DNA of 64,000 bases, taken from Pseudomonadota bacterium (GTDB taxonomy: Bacteria > Bdellovibrionota_B > Oligoflexia > Silvanigrellales > Silvanigrellaceae). Where the stretch lies: assembly GCA_039799905.1 (NCBI GenBank), contig JBDLRP010000048.1, positions 1 to 64,000 of the forward strand, given 5' to 3'. The stretch's first letter is position 1. Each line of letters begins with the position of its first letter. The position numbers were made by a program, and so were the translations under genes. The notes under the pieces are model-generated. The model did not search any database and had not been told where the DNA came from. It saw nothing but the letters and a program-made list of their open reading frames with translations. This document shows, in pieces, positions 1-9,615 of this stretch.

Positions 1-2
1 AA

Positions 3-1799
3 ATGAGAAACTGGAGTCTCAACAAAAAAATAATGTTGTCCGGTCTCATCTTCGTGACTGCCGTCGTGTTGTTATCTGCGGCGGGAATTTTTGCCGTTGT
101 CCATCTCAAGCGGTCAAACGAAAATTTCACAGAAAAATACGACATCGAACGAAACATCTCTCCCCTCGAAAGCTCCGCAAAATCTATTTATTTGCTGGAG
201 ATACAGAGCATTGTCGAACCCAGCGAAGACAAAGCATCGCTGATTGCGAAGCAAATCAACGATGTATACGGCGAGTGGGATTCCGCTGCTTCAACACTCT
301 TGAGCTCGGTAGGCGATGTTCGACAGCAAAGCCGTCTGAGCGAACTTCGCACGCTGATCAGCAAAAGAAAAGAACTTAGCACACAAGTTCTCAAAGCGGC
401 ACTTGACGCCGACACCGAGGAAGCATTTGCTCTTCTCAGCTCCGATGAATCGCCCGCACGCGGACTGAACGAGAGTATTCAGAAGACCACCGGCGATATA
501 ATTCAGACTGAGCGGTCTGCCGCATCGCAGCTTGCACGCGACAGCTCGACACAAGGCCGTCTTTGGATCTACTGGCTGACTCTGTTGTCGGCGACTGTGC
601 TGGCTTCTGCTGTTTTGCTGACACAGACTCTTATTGTAAGCCTCAGAAAAAACCTGGGCCGGACCAGCGAGGGGCTTTTGGAATCTGCCGACGAGCTGGT
701 CAAAAAAGTTCAGTCGGCTGCGCAGGATGGAAACAAACTTTCCGAGAAGGCCGCGACAGAAGCTGCCGCCTTCGAAGAAATGAGCACCACGGTCACTCAG
801 ATGATTTCTGCAGTCAACGCGGCGGCAGAGAACACAAAGTTGTTTACAGAATTTGCCTTGGAGGTCAGCAGCAATGCCGAAAAGGGACAGGCTGTTGGAG
901 AGCGTCTTGAGCAGACAGCAGCAGCAGTTTCCAAGAATACCGACGATATTGTAAAGCAGACCAACGACAACAAGCGGCAGCTGGAAGAATTCGTAAAATT
1001 TTTTGCAGAATTCTCTGAAAAGTCGAAAGCTCTGAATGAATTCGTCTTTAAAGCAAAATTAATGGCATTCAATGCTTCACTTGAGGCCGCGCGCGCTGGT
1101 GAAAGCGGGCGTGGATTTTCTTTGATCGCCGACGAACTCGCAGAACTTGCCGAAACAAGTGGTACAGCGGCAAGGGAACTCAGCTCGATGCTCAATGGGC
1201 GTGTGGAACTGACCACAACCTTTGTGCGAGAATCCTGCAGAGCGTTGGAAGAGATTGCAACAAACTGCGCGCAGAGCGGTAATGAGGCCAATTCCACAGT
1301 TGTCGAGTGCAACCGATTATTGCGTGAACTGAAGGAAGATTCGCAGCGAGTGGCCCAATTTGTTCAGGAGCTTCGGCAGGCTTCTGAAGCCCAGGCACTC
1401 GGATTCACCGAACTCGGCAAAACCATCTGCGAACTGGAAGAGATGTCTCGGCAGAATGCGACCGTATCCGAAACCTGCGCAGCGTCGGCAGATGAACTCG
1501 CTGTCAGAATTATAGATCACAAAGCCCTTGTAAAAAATTTATCGCTGCTGATAAACGGCCAACAGGCATCAACATTACGCACCGAGTCCCAACCGATAAA
1601 CATGGATGCACCTCCACAATCAGCGCAGAATGGCGAGAATCTGAAAAATAATGAGTCAATACTGTTAACTTTCCGGGGCAAAAACACGAGAAAAGAAAAG
1701 AAGCAAATCCGCGCGCAACGTTTTGGTCAGCGGACAAGAAGCGAAGAGTATATGCGCAAGGCAGCAGGTGCCGAAGACATACCCTTTGAAAAAGAGTAG
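3..1799 (+). CDS. Methyl-accepting chemotaxis protein
   Basis: Two TM segments flank a periplasmic region; signalling hairpin NASLEAARAGESGRGFSLIADEL. Confidence 0.9.
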   Translation: MRNWSLNKKIMLSGLIFVTAVVLLSAAGIFAVVHLKRSNENFTEKYDIERNISPLESSAKSIYLLEIQSIVEPSEDKASLIAKQINDVYGEWDSAASTLLSSVGDVRQQSRLSELRTLISKRKELSTQVLKAALDADTEEAFALLSSDESPARGLNESIQKTTGDIIQTERSAASQLARDSSTQGRLWIYWLTLLSATVLASAVLLTQTLIVSLRKNLGRTSEGLLESADELVKKVQSAAQDGNKLSEKAATEAAAFEEMSTTVTQMISAVNAAAENTKLFTEFALEVSSNAEKGQAVGERLEQTAAAVSKNTDDIVKQTNDNKRQLEEFVKFFAEFSEKSKALNEFVFKAKLMAFNASLEAARAGESGRGFSLIADELAELAETSGTAARELSSMLNGRVELTTTFVRESCRALEEIATNCAQSGNEANSTVVECNRLLRELKEDSQRVAQFVQELRQASEAQALGFTELGKTICELEEMSRQNATVSETCAASADELAVRIIDHKALVKNLSLLINGQQASTLRTESQPINMDAPPQSAQNGENLKNNESILLTFRGKNTRKEKKQIRAQRFGQRTRSEEYMRKAAGAEDIPFEKE

Positions 1800-1823
1800 T
1801 CCAACGTTTCTTCGATTTGCGGG

Positions 1824-2183
1824 ATGAACATGAAACTTGTTTACCTCATTCCACTGACAATTGGCCTGTGCGTAATGCCGAGCTGCAAATTCTTGTCGCT
1901 TTCTGAGCCCATGACCCGAACCGCACAACCGATACGGCAACCTTGTGAGCCGTGCTTTTTGGCATTTGGTAATGGCGAGATTTGCCAAATGAGTGCAAAA
2001 CAATGCGAGAGCAGCCGCGCATTCTTGGACGATTTCCGGCAAAACCCACCGCCCACGCAACGCGACGTTTTGCAAGTGAAACTGGTTCAGACAATCATTC
2101 AAAAAGATGTTCAATCCGCAAAGAACTGGAACACAGACCTTGAGCGTTGGGCATTGAAAAAATTCATGGCAGGAAAGAAATAA
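1824..2183 (+). CDS. Hypothetical exported protein, possible lipoprotein
   Basis: 119-aa ORF with hydrophobic N-terminus followed by Cys; in series with neighbours. Confidence 0.55.
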   Translation: MNMKLVYLIPLTIGLCVMPSCKFLSLSEPMTRTAQPIRQPCEPCFLAFGNGEICQMSAKQCESSRAFLDDFRQNPPPTQRDVLQVKLVQTIIQKDVQSAKNWNTDLERWALKKFMAGKK

Positions 2184-3287
2184 GTGGATCACATGCAGAC
2201 ACTGAAACTTCACTCAATCAAATATTTCAATTCATTTATCTCGGTCACTTTTTACTTTTTAATGTCATGCACCCAAGGCTGTGTGGGCAAGAAGAAATCA
2301 TCAACCGCGTCGGGCCGCAACATCGGTGCTGTTATCGGTGCTGATGAGTCCAAAGCAAGAGTTTCACCTGAAGAACTCGACGGACCATCCATGAGGATAG
2401 AAAAATTTGAGGTGACTTACGCCGAGACCGGAAAAACCAAAATTCCACTTCTTTCGTACAGTATCCCTCAAAAAGCCGACTTCGTACAAATCATCCGCTG
2501 TGATGCAAACCTCAAGACTTCTTTGCCGGAAGAACCTGATTCTGCCGTTCAAGACACTGCTCCCGGAGCAAAAACAGCACCGAGAAATACTGTTTGGAAT
2601 GAGATTTCTTCTACCTTGGGCTGTCTTCAGATTTCGACAGGAGTATCGAGGGATCAACATCCCGATTATTTCGCGAGTAGCGGAAATTGGATTTATTTCA
2701 GTCGCGCTTGCATCAATCCTGCTCGTCTTCCCAACATTGTAGCTCAGTCGGAAGTCGAACCATGCTCCCGGCACGTTTCAAAGACATCTATCCTCAGCGG
2801 ATACGTGAACCAGCAGGCTGATCTGCCTGTCGAAAAACAAACTGAGATGATGTTGTTGCGTGACAGGGTTGATGAAACCGGGAGGAATATTTTTTTTAAA
2901 TTCAGACGATTGAAAACAGAGCTTCTGTTCTGCGATGCTGAAAAAGGCGTTAATTTCCTATCAATCAAACGCAGGGACTCGGCCGAAAAAATTTTGAATT
3001 TCGGCATTGTGCTCGGTGTCAGCCTCATCGATCAGCCGCCACTGCCAGCGATTCACCCAAAAGAACAGATTTCCGCAACTCTGCGTGATCTCGACGCCGG
3101 ATCTGAAGAATTCCTTCCAGCAAACTTCTGTGTTTCAGCAGAACAAACAAGGAAGGATATAGAATCCGAACGACTGCAGTTGGAAGCAGACGCGGCGGCG
3201 TTCAATAAAAATATCACACAAATTGGCCAGCCTTCGGCTTTAAATTCAATCACAGGTGACGAGAAATCATCCCCACTGGGAAAGTAA
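2184..3287 (+). CDS. Hypothetical exported protein, possible lipoprotein (start may be 2193)
   Basis: 367-aa ORF, hydrophobic stretch then Cys, several further Cys, C-terminal coiled-coil-like region. Confidence 0.65.
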   Translation: MDHMQTLKLHSIKYFNSFISVTFYFLMSCTQGCVGKKKSSTASGRNIGAVIGADESKARVSPEELDGPSMRIEKFEVTYAETGKTKIPLLSYSIPQKADFVQIIRCDANLKTSLPEEPDSAVQDTAPGAKTAPRNTVWNEISSTLGCLQISTGVSRDQHPDYFASSGNWIYFSRACINPARLPNIVAQSEVEPCSRHVSKTSILSGYVNQQADLPVEKQTEMMLLRDRVDETGRNIFFKFRRLKTELLFCDAEKGVNFLSIKRRDSAEKILNFGIVLGVSLIDQPPLPAIHPKEQISATLRDLDAGSEEFLPANFCVSAEQTRKDIESERLQLEADAAAFNKNITQIGQPSALNSITGDEKSSPLGK

Positions 3288-3288
3288 T

Positions 3289-3831
3289 TCAGGCTGATTT
3301 GCTAGATCCGGCTGTTTCGTCTGAGTCGTCATCCAAATCATCAGATTCGTCTGCATCGGACTCGTCGTCATCCCTGTCATGATCGAGCAGGACATCGAAA
3401 GCCCGTTTCCATTCGGAGGTGATTTCCAAAAACTCGGGCCGCTGCTGTACTTCGCGGAATGCTTTCAACCAATGAGAAATGATCACTTCATCTCTGACTG
3501 CGGAAAGTCCGCCGCCAACAGCATGAATCCGGGTGGGCAAGTTGACGTCAAGGAAAGCAGCCAAGCCCAATTCCGCTTCAAAACCCAACAATTCTGAAAA
3601 GGTTCCGGATACGGACCACACAAGCTGAGAAACATCTTCAGGCTCATCGAGTGCCGCAAGCATCGTTTCGACGGAACGGCAATGCGCTGAATCAAGCAGC
3701 CGCTCGAACTCGGATGCTTCATACTCGAGAAGAATTGGCATCACGAGGGCCAGAAAACCTCTCCACAACTCACGCTGTTTGGCGTGGGCCTTGTCTGACA
3801 AAGCATAGAGAGTGAGCAAATCCACCCGCAT
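3289..3831 (-). CDS. Hypothetical protein with acidic C-terminal tail
   Basis: 180-aa ORF filling the gap, divergent from tmk; ends DDDESDADESDDLDDDSDE. Confidence 0.7.
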   Translation of the reverse strand: MRVDLLTLYALSDKAHAKQRELWRGFLALVMPILLEYEASEFERLLDSAHCRSVETMLAALDEPEDVSQLVWSVSGTFSELLGFEAELGLAAFLDVNLPTRIHAVGGGLSAVRDEVIISHWLKAFREVQQRPEFLEITSEWKRAFDVLLDHDRDDDESDADESDDLDDDSDETAGSSKSA

Positions 3832-3989
3832 GCGGAAGGCCCTCGGAGGTTCTCAGTGCGTAACTTTTGGACAGCTATTGTTCATCAAGTCACTCTGTGC
3901 AAAATGGTAACCCAACGTCGGGGGCCCTGCCACGGGCAGAAGATTGACGTTTTTTTATTCAAATTACTCACTCGCTCGGAGGCGCCGAC

Positions 3990-4646
3990 ATGCCTTTTAT
4001 CGTATTCGAAGGCGGAGAAGGCTCAGGGAAAAGCACCCAAGCCCGTCTGCTTGCGCAATTTCTCCGTGACAAAGGTTTGACGGTTCTTGAAACTCGCGAA
4101 CCCGGCGGAACACCTCTGGCGGAGGACATTCGAAACGTTTTCAAGAGCGTACCGAAAAGCGGCGACATCCCCACTCCGCGGACCGAACTCTTGCTTGTGA
4201 TGGCTGCGCGCACACAGCACATTGAGAAAACAATCCGCCCTGCGCTTGCCGCGGGTGCATGGGTGATCTGCGACCGTTTTCTGGACTCAAGCTACATCTA
4301 TCAAGGCTTCCGCGGCGGGCTCGGAAAGAGCGATATTGATACCGTCGCCGCGCCTGTGGTCGGCACACTTCAGCCGGACCTGACACTCGTTTTGCGGGTT
4401 GATTTGGAAACCGCGCACCAGCGCCTCAAGGATCGTCCCGGCAGCGAAAATGACCGACTCGACAGCGAACTTTTGAAAGATGCAACGCTGCATGCGGCAT
4501 TTGAGGCTCTCGTCACTTCAAAAACACCCTATCCGGATGGTCGGGTTCCAAAGCGCGTCCTGATTGATGGAGCGGGAAGTGCGGACGAAGTGAGTCAGCG
4601 CATTCTTGCCGCTGCCACCGAACACTTCGGAACTATCAGGCAATGA
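3990..4646 (+). CDS. tmk: Thymidylate kinase
   Basis: FEGGEGSGKSTQ P-loop, TREPGGT, CDRF, PDLT motifs. Confidence 0.97.
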   Translation: MPFIVFEGGEGSGKSTQARLLAQFLRDKGLTVLETREPGGTPLAEDIRNVFKSVPKSGDIPTPRTELLLVMAARTQHIEKTIRPALAAGAWVICDRFLDSSYIYQGFRGGLGKSDIDTVAAPVVGTLQPDLTLVLRVDLETAHQRLKDRPGSENDRLDSELLKDATLHAAFEALVTSKTPYPDGRVPKRVLIDGAGSADEVSQRILAAATEHFGTIRQ

Positions 4647-5515
4647 GCTTTTCAGGCTCACTCGAAGCTGTGGTGGAGCAATCGCTCGGCAGCGCAAATC
4701 ATCATTCGTATGTTTTCATAAGCCGCTCTTTTGCGGAGGCTGCAACACCCACGGATTTCGTCCGCTTGCTTCTCAAGAAGCTTGCCGGCCTGAGCCTGTT
4801 CGGCGAGGGGCAAAAAGTCAGCGACGAAGAATTCTGGGAAGCCTTCGCCCGTCATCCGGATTTGTTGCGAGCCGATGCGGAACGTTCGATCCTCAGAAAA
4901 GACGACGTCGAACTCTTCCGCGAGCGGACCCTTTATCCGCCGACCTTTGCGCGCCGGCGTTTTCTGCTGATTGAGCGTGCCGAGCGGATGAACAACCAAA
5001 GCGCAAACGCCCTTCTCAAAACTCTCGAAGAACCTTTGGCGCAATGTGTTTTTGTACTGACTACCTCGCGCCCGCACAGTTTGCCCTCGACCATCACGAG
5101 CCGCTGCCAGAAAATCCCGCTGCCGGCATGGAGCGATGCCGGCACGTCGGCCTGCGCCGGGTTGGAAAAGGAAGACGTCCATTTCCTCGAAATATTCTTC
5201 TCGGCCGCTCACCTGCAGTCGCCCCCAAACACACTTCCGGCCGACACTTTGTCGACACAACAAAAAATAAACCTTCCGGCGAAAGTTCTGAGTGATTTGG
5301 CTCAGTGGTGTGACGCCGCGGGTAGAAAATATCCTGCGCAATTACTGCGTGATGCTGTTGTTGAAAAAACATCAGCCGCACTTCTTGCCGGACAGATGTG
5401 CCAGTCGAGGGCAACCCTGACGATCAGCGAAATCAACCGCTGGGCAGACATGGATCCCTTCAATCCGACAAATAGTTTTTGGCTGATGCGCATCCTGTTG
5501 ACTCTCGCCGATTGA
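4643..5515 (+). CDS. holB: DNA polymerase III delta-prime subunit (divergent)
   Basis: HPD, AERMNNQSANALLKTLEEP and TITSRCQ motifs; follows tmk with ATGA overlap. Confidence 0.88.
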   Translation: MSFSGSLEAVVEQSLGSANHHSYVFISRSFAEAATPTDFVRLLLKKLAGLSLFGEGQKVSDEEFWEAFARHPDLLRADAERSILRKDDVELFRERTLYPPTFARRRFLLIERAERMNNQSANALLKTLEEPLAQCVFVLTTSRPHSLPSTITSRCQKIPLPAWSDAGTSACAGLEKEDVHFLEIFFSAAHLQSPPNTLPADTLSTQQKINLPAKVLSDLAQWCDAAGRKYPAQLLRDAVVEKTSAALLAGQMCQSRATLTISEINRWADMDPFNPTNSFWLMRILLTLAD

Positions 5516-5587
5516 TCTTCGCGCAAAGGACTGCAACGATCTCCCCCTCAGGATTCAATTTCATACTGGCGAGGGAGCGGCAGCATC

Positions 5588-8098
5588 ATGAACCACGTTC
5601 TGCAAATCCACGTGAGAGCTCAATTACCCACTGTACTTGAACCGCTTTGGACGATTGCCCGCAACGTTTGGTGGTCGTGGAATGTGGATGCCGTCAATCT
5701 ATTTCGCCGCATAGATCCTGTCGCGTACGAGCAGAGCGGACCCTGTCCGCTGCGCATGCTCAACGAAATGAACCGAAGCCATTTTGAACGGCTGGCGAAG
5801 GATCAGGGATTTGTTGACCATCTTAACCGCGTGCAAACGGCATATGACGCCATGCTGCAAAGCGCTCCCGCAGCGCGGCCGGAAATTTCCGCATGCAGGC
5901 AAAACAGCATTGCCTATTTTTCGATGGAATTTGGACTCCACGAGAGTATTCCGCTCTACAGCGGCGGCCTCGGCGTTCTCGCAGGTGACCATCTCAAGAC
6001 GGCGAGTGACCTAGGCCTGCCGTTGATGGGCGTTGGCCTCTTTTACAACGAAGGTTACTTCAACCAGTCGGTCGGCAAGGACGGTTGGCAACGCGAACTC
6101 TACACCGCCAACGATCCGTTCTACATGCCGATGGAACTTGTCCGTGACAGCAATGACCGGCCGCTGACTTTTGAGATGACGATCACAAATGAGCGGGTCA
6201 CTGTACAAATCTGGAAGCTGGCCGTCGGACGCATTCCACTTTATCTGCTCGACACGAATCTTTCGCAGAACTCGCACGAAGCCAGACTCATCACCAGCCG
6301 CCTTTACGCCGGAGGACAAGACTTCCGCCTGCGCCAGGAAATTCTGCTCGGCATCGGTGGCGTGACTGCATTGTCGGCAATGGGATTTGCTCCTGAAGTC
6401 TTCCATCTCAATGAAGGGCACTCGGCATTCCTTACGCTCGCCCGAATCTCACAAGGTGTGCGCAACGGCCTGAGTTGGCAGCAGGCATTGAATCAGGTCC
6501 AGTCGACCCAGATCTTTACTGTGCACACTCCTTTGCCGGCTGGAAACGACAGCTTTCCAATTGAAAAAGTCAAGCACCATATGGGTTCGACACAAGAGCT
6601 ATACGGGCTTCCAGATGAACAGTTTTACGCTCTCGGCAAGCATCCGGAACATACCCTTGAATTTTCCATGCCCGTCTTTGCGTTGCGCACGTCGCATTTC
6701 CGCAATGGCGTGAGCGCGCTTCACGGCGAAGTTTCGCGGCGGATCTGGAAGAGCCTGTGGCCGCATCTCAATGAACATGAGACTCCGGTTCACCACGTGA
6801 CCAACGGGGTGCACACGCGCACGTGGATGTCCAACGAATTGGCTGATTTGTGCGACATGTATTTGGGCCGCGGCTGGGACACACATCTTGAAAAGACGGA
6901 AACATGGGAGCGTATTCATTCTGTGCCAGATTCCGAATTCTGGGACGTACATCTGCTGCGCAAAAGCCGGCTGACGTCGAGTGTACTGCGCTGCATGACG
7001 AACAGTGAACGCGTTTCTCCGCACGCTCTTGCTGAACTGCGTCAGTCTCTCCGTCCGCAGACGCTGACCATCGGTTTTGCGCGCCGCTTTGTTGCATACA
7101 AGCGCGGTACTCTGATGTTCCGCAACATCGAACGGCTCAAGAAGATCCTCAACAACCCGGATCGCCCCGTACAAATCCTGATTGCAGGCAAGGCGCATCC
7201 GAACGACAACCACGGCAAGGAAATCATCCAGCAGGTCGTGCGCATCATTGAGCGTGAAAAGCTCTCCCACCGTGTCTTGTTCCTCGAGAACTACGACATG
7301 AATCTGGCACACCGCCTCGTACGCGGTGTGGACGTCTGGCTCAATACGCCGGTGCGCACACTCGAGGCCTCCGGCACAAGCGGGATGAAGGTTGCACTCA
7401 ACGGCGGTCTGCATTTTTCGGTGCTCGACGGATGGTGGGATGAGGCGCACAACACAGATGCCGGCTGGGCAATCGGCACGCGCGACAATCATGCGAGCGA
7501 CGATCAGCGTGATGAGCGGGAGAGCGAGATGCTCTACGACATTCTCGAACATGAACTGGTTCCGCTTTACTACAGCGCTCCGGTGCCAAGCGAATGGATC
7601 CGCAAAATGAAGAACTCGGTGATGCGCTACGCACCCGCATTCAGCGCACAGCGGATGGTTCTCGATTATTTTAATTCGGCCTACACACCCGCGCTGCAAA
7701 ACGCAGCCCGTGTTGGAGTGTCTGCAGCTGCAGCTCAGCAGAATCTTTCCCTGCACGAAAAAAATCTTTCGCAGCTGCGATCGCAGTGGGGTAAACTTGA
7801 GATCCGCAGTCTGGAAATGACACCCAAAGGAAACTCCTTTGTCGGCGAACCCATAACTGTGCGTGCAACAATCCGGACAACACTCCCGCACGAATGGATC
7901 GATGTCCAACTCGTTCCAACACAAAAAAGCGGTGAGCAGCTCGTGCTGACTCATCGGGGAAGCGACTCTGAAAATACTTACCTTTATGAGTGTATTTTCA
8001 ATCCGTCTCAACCCTGCATGATGTCACTCGGATTGCGTGTCACTCCGTCGACTCGGATTTTTCCGGAAGCCCTTGATCTGCAACTTGTCGCACGATAG
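5588..8098 (+). CDS. glgP: Alpha-glucan (glycogen/maltodextrin) phosphorylase, GT35
   Basis: YFSMEFG, YSGGLGVLAGD, HLNEGH, GFARRF, EASGTSGMK (PLP lysine). Confidence 0.96.
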   Translation: MNHVLQIHVRAQLPTVLEPLWTIARNVWWSWNVDAVNLFRRIDPVAYEQSGPCPLRMLNEMNRSHFERLAKDQGFVDHLNRVQTAYDAMLQSAPAARPEISACRQNSIAYFSMEFGLHESIPLYSGGLGVLAGDHLKTASDLGLPLMGVGLFYNEGYFNQSVGKDGWQRELYTANDPFYMPMELVRDSNDRPLTFEMTITNERVTVQIWKLAVGRIPLYLLDTNLSQNSHEARLITSRLYAGGQDFRLRQEILLGIGGVTALSAMGFAPEVFHLNEGHSAFLTLARISQGVRNGLSWQQALNQVQSTQIFTVHTPLPAGNDSFPIEKVKHHMGSTQELYGLPDEQFYALGKHPEHTLEFSMPVFALRTSHFRNGVSALHGEVSRRIWKSLWPHLNEHETPVHHVTNGVHTRTWMSNELADLCDMYLGRGWDTHLEKTETWERIHSVPDSEFWDVHLLRKSRLTSSVLRCMTNSERVSPHALAELRQSLRPQTLTIGFARRFVAYKRGTLMFRNIERLKKILNNPDRPVQILIAGKAHPNDNHGKEIIQQVVRIIEREKLSHRVLFLENYDMNLAHRLVRGVDVWLNTPVRTLEASGTSGMKVALNGGLHFSVLDGWWDEAHNTDAGWAIGTRDNHASDDQRDERESEMLYDILEHELVPLYYSAPVPSEWIRKMKNSVMRYAPAFSAQRMVLDYFNSAYTPALQNAARVGVSAAAAQQNLSLHEKNLSQLRSQWGKLEIRSLEMTPKGNSFVGEPITVRATIRTTLPHEWIDVQLVPTQKSGEQLVLTHRGSDSENTYLYECIFNPSQPCMMSLGLRVTPSTRIFPEALDLQLVAR

Positions 8099-8169
8099 GC
8101 CTTTTCGGTAAAAGATTCCGTGATTAAAATTTGTTTTCCGTCCAATCTCCAACTGAACGTGGTGATGTG

Positions 8170-9615
8170 ATGAAGATCCTGATGCTCGGATGGGAATATC
8201 CGCCGCTTATTTCCGGCGGACTGGCAACAGCAACGGAAGGTCTTGTTTCCGGCCTGACCAAACTTGGCCACCAGATTGCTCTGGTCCTGCCCCACTTCCC
8301 GCACGACGCGGCGGAGTCGGTTGAAAACATCAATCCGCATCTGACCATTGTCAGTCCGGAGCACCCATTCAATCCGGAAAGAATTCTCCGTCCGGTCGAC
8401 GAAAAATTTGTCGCCTCGGCCGGTCTGCAGCTGAGCACCATGTCTGCGACCGAGATCTTGGCGGCTTCGCAACGTGGTCACGGCAGCTCCACCTCAGCCG
8501 GCCTTGGCGCACTGAGCCACTACGAAACAGCTCAAATCGAATCACTCGCTCTGACGCCCGAAGAAAAACAGGCCCTGCGCCAGCGGCTCGCGCTCTATCA
8601 GGCCCAGTTGAGCAGTTCATCGGCGGAAGGTATTTCCGAAAAGACACTTTGGACTCCGCAGCTCAGCGAGGTCTCGGAGCAAACGGAAATCTTGTCGCTG
8701 CTGGCCGGCGACGTGCTGCGCAATCAGCCGCAAAGCATATTCGAGGTGATTCACGCGCACGACTGGATGAGCCTCAAAGCCATTTCACAAATCAGAAATA
8801 CATCAACCCTTCCAGTTGTTCTTCATGTGCACTCAACCGAATACGACCGCGCGGGTGTTCACGGAAACCAGAAAATTCAGGCCATGGAGAAACTCGGTTT
8901 CCAGATCGCCGACCGACTGGTCGCTGTGTCGAACCTCACACGACGCATACTCGTCGACCACTACGGAGTTCCATCCGAGAAAATTGACGTTGTTTACAAT
9001 GCATCCAATCTTGCACACCGCCGTCATACCGCGGTGAATGTTTCCGCAGCTGCCCCGACCAAAGAACGCTCTCCGGTGATTTCATTTGTTGGGCGTGTCA
9101 CCTATCAAAAAGGTCCGGCATACTTTGTGCAGTCGGCTTTCCGAGCACTGCAGCTGCAACCCAATCTGCGCTTTCAGGTGGTCGGAACGGGCGACCTTCT
9201 TCCTTCCATGCGCCAGTTGGCTTGGGAACTGGGAGTTCAAGACAAATTCACCTTCCACGGTTTTCAATCGGCAAAGAAGGTTGAAGCGCTCCTCGCCGAC
9301 TCCGATGTGTTTGTCATGCCCAGTGTCTCGGAGCCGTTCGGTATCGTCGCACTCGAAGCCATGGCGCAGCATATTCCCATCATCATCTCCAAGCAGTCGG
9401 GCGTTGCCGAGTGCCTGATGCACGCGCTCAAGGTGGATTTCTGGGATACCGATCTGATGGCGGATAGAATTGTCAGTCTAGTGAGACGCAGCCGTCTGCG
9501 TGGCGAATTGCAAAAGAACGGCTCACGCGAGGTAGAACGGTTCACTTGGGAGAATTCAGCACGCCGCTGTGTTGACGTTTACAGAAAGACAGCTCGGCGT
9601 ACGATACCGGCATGA
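8170..9615 (+). CDS. GT4 glycosyltransferase, glycogen-synthase-like
   Basis: MKILMLGWEYPP..GGL start, HAHDW, HSTEYDR, EPFGIVALEAM. Confidence 0.9.
   Translation: MKILMLGWEYPPLISGGLATATEGLVSGLTKLGHQIALVLPHFPHDAAESVENINPHLTIVSPEHPFNPERILRPVDEKFVASAGLQLSTMSATEILAASQRGHGSSTSAGLGALSHYETAQIESLALTPEEKQALRQRLALYQAQLSSSSAEGISEKTLWTPQLSEVSEQTEILSLLAGDVLRNQPQSIFEVIHAHDWMSLKAISQIRNTSTLPVVLHVHSTEYDRAGVHGNQKIQAMEKLGFQIADRLVAVSNLTRRILVDHYGVPSEKIDVVYNASNLAHRRHTAVNVSAAAPTKERSPVISFVGRVTYQKGPAYFVQSAFRALQLQPNLRFQVVGTGDLLPSMRQLAWELGVQDKFTFHGFQSAKKVEALLADSDVFVMPSVSEPFGIVALEAMAQHIPIIISKQSGVAECLMHALKVDFWDTDLMADRIVSLVRRSRLRGELQKNGSREVERFTWENSARRCVDVYRKTARRTIPA

Noticed and set aside
3289..3400. Acidic tail as a DNA mimic
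   Set aside because: Low-complexity Asp tail alone is insufficient evidence; the same applies to the IHF tail.
6599..8011. 470-aa minus-strand ORF
   Set aside because: Antisense shadow of glgP with no recognisable motifs. The same applies to 28144-29175, 12194-12976, 22806-23585 and similar ORFs.
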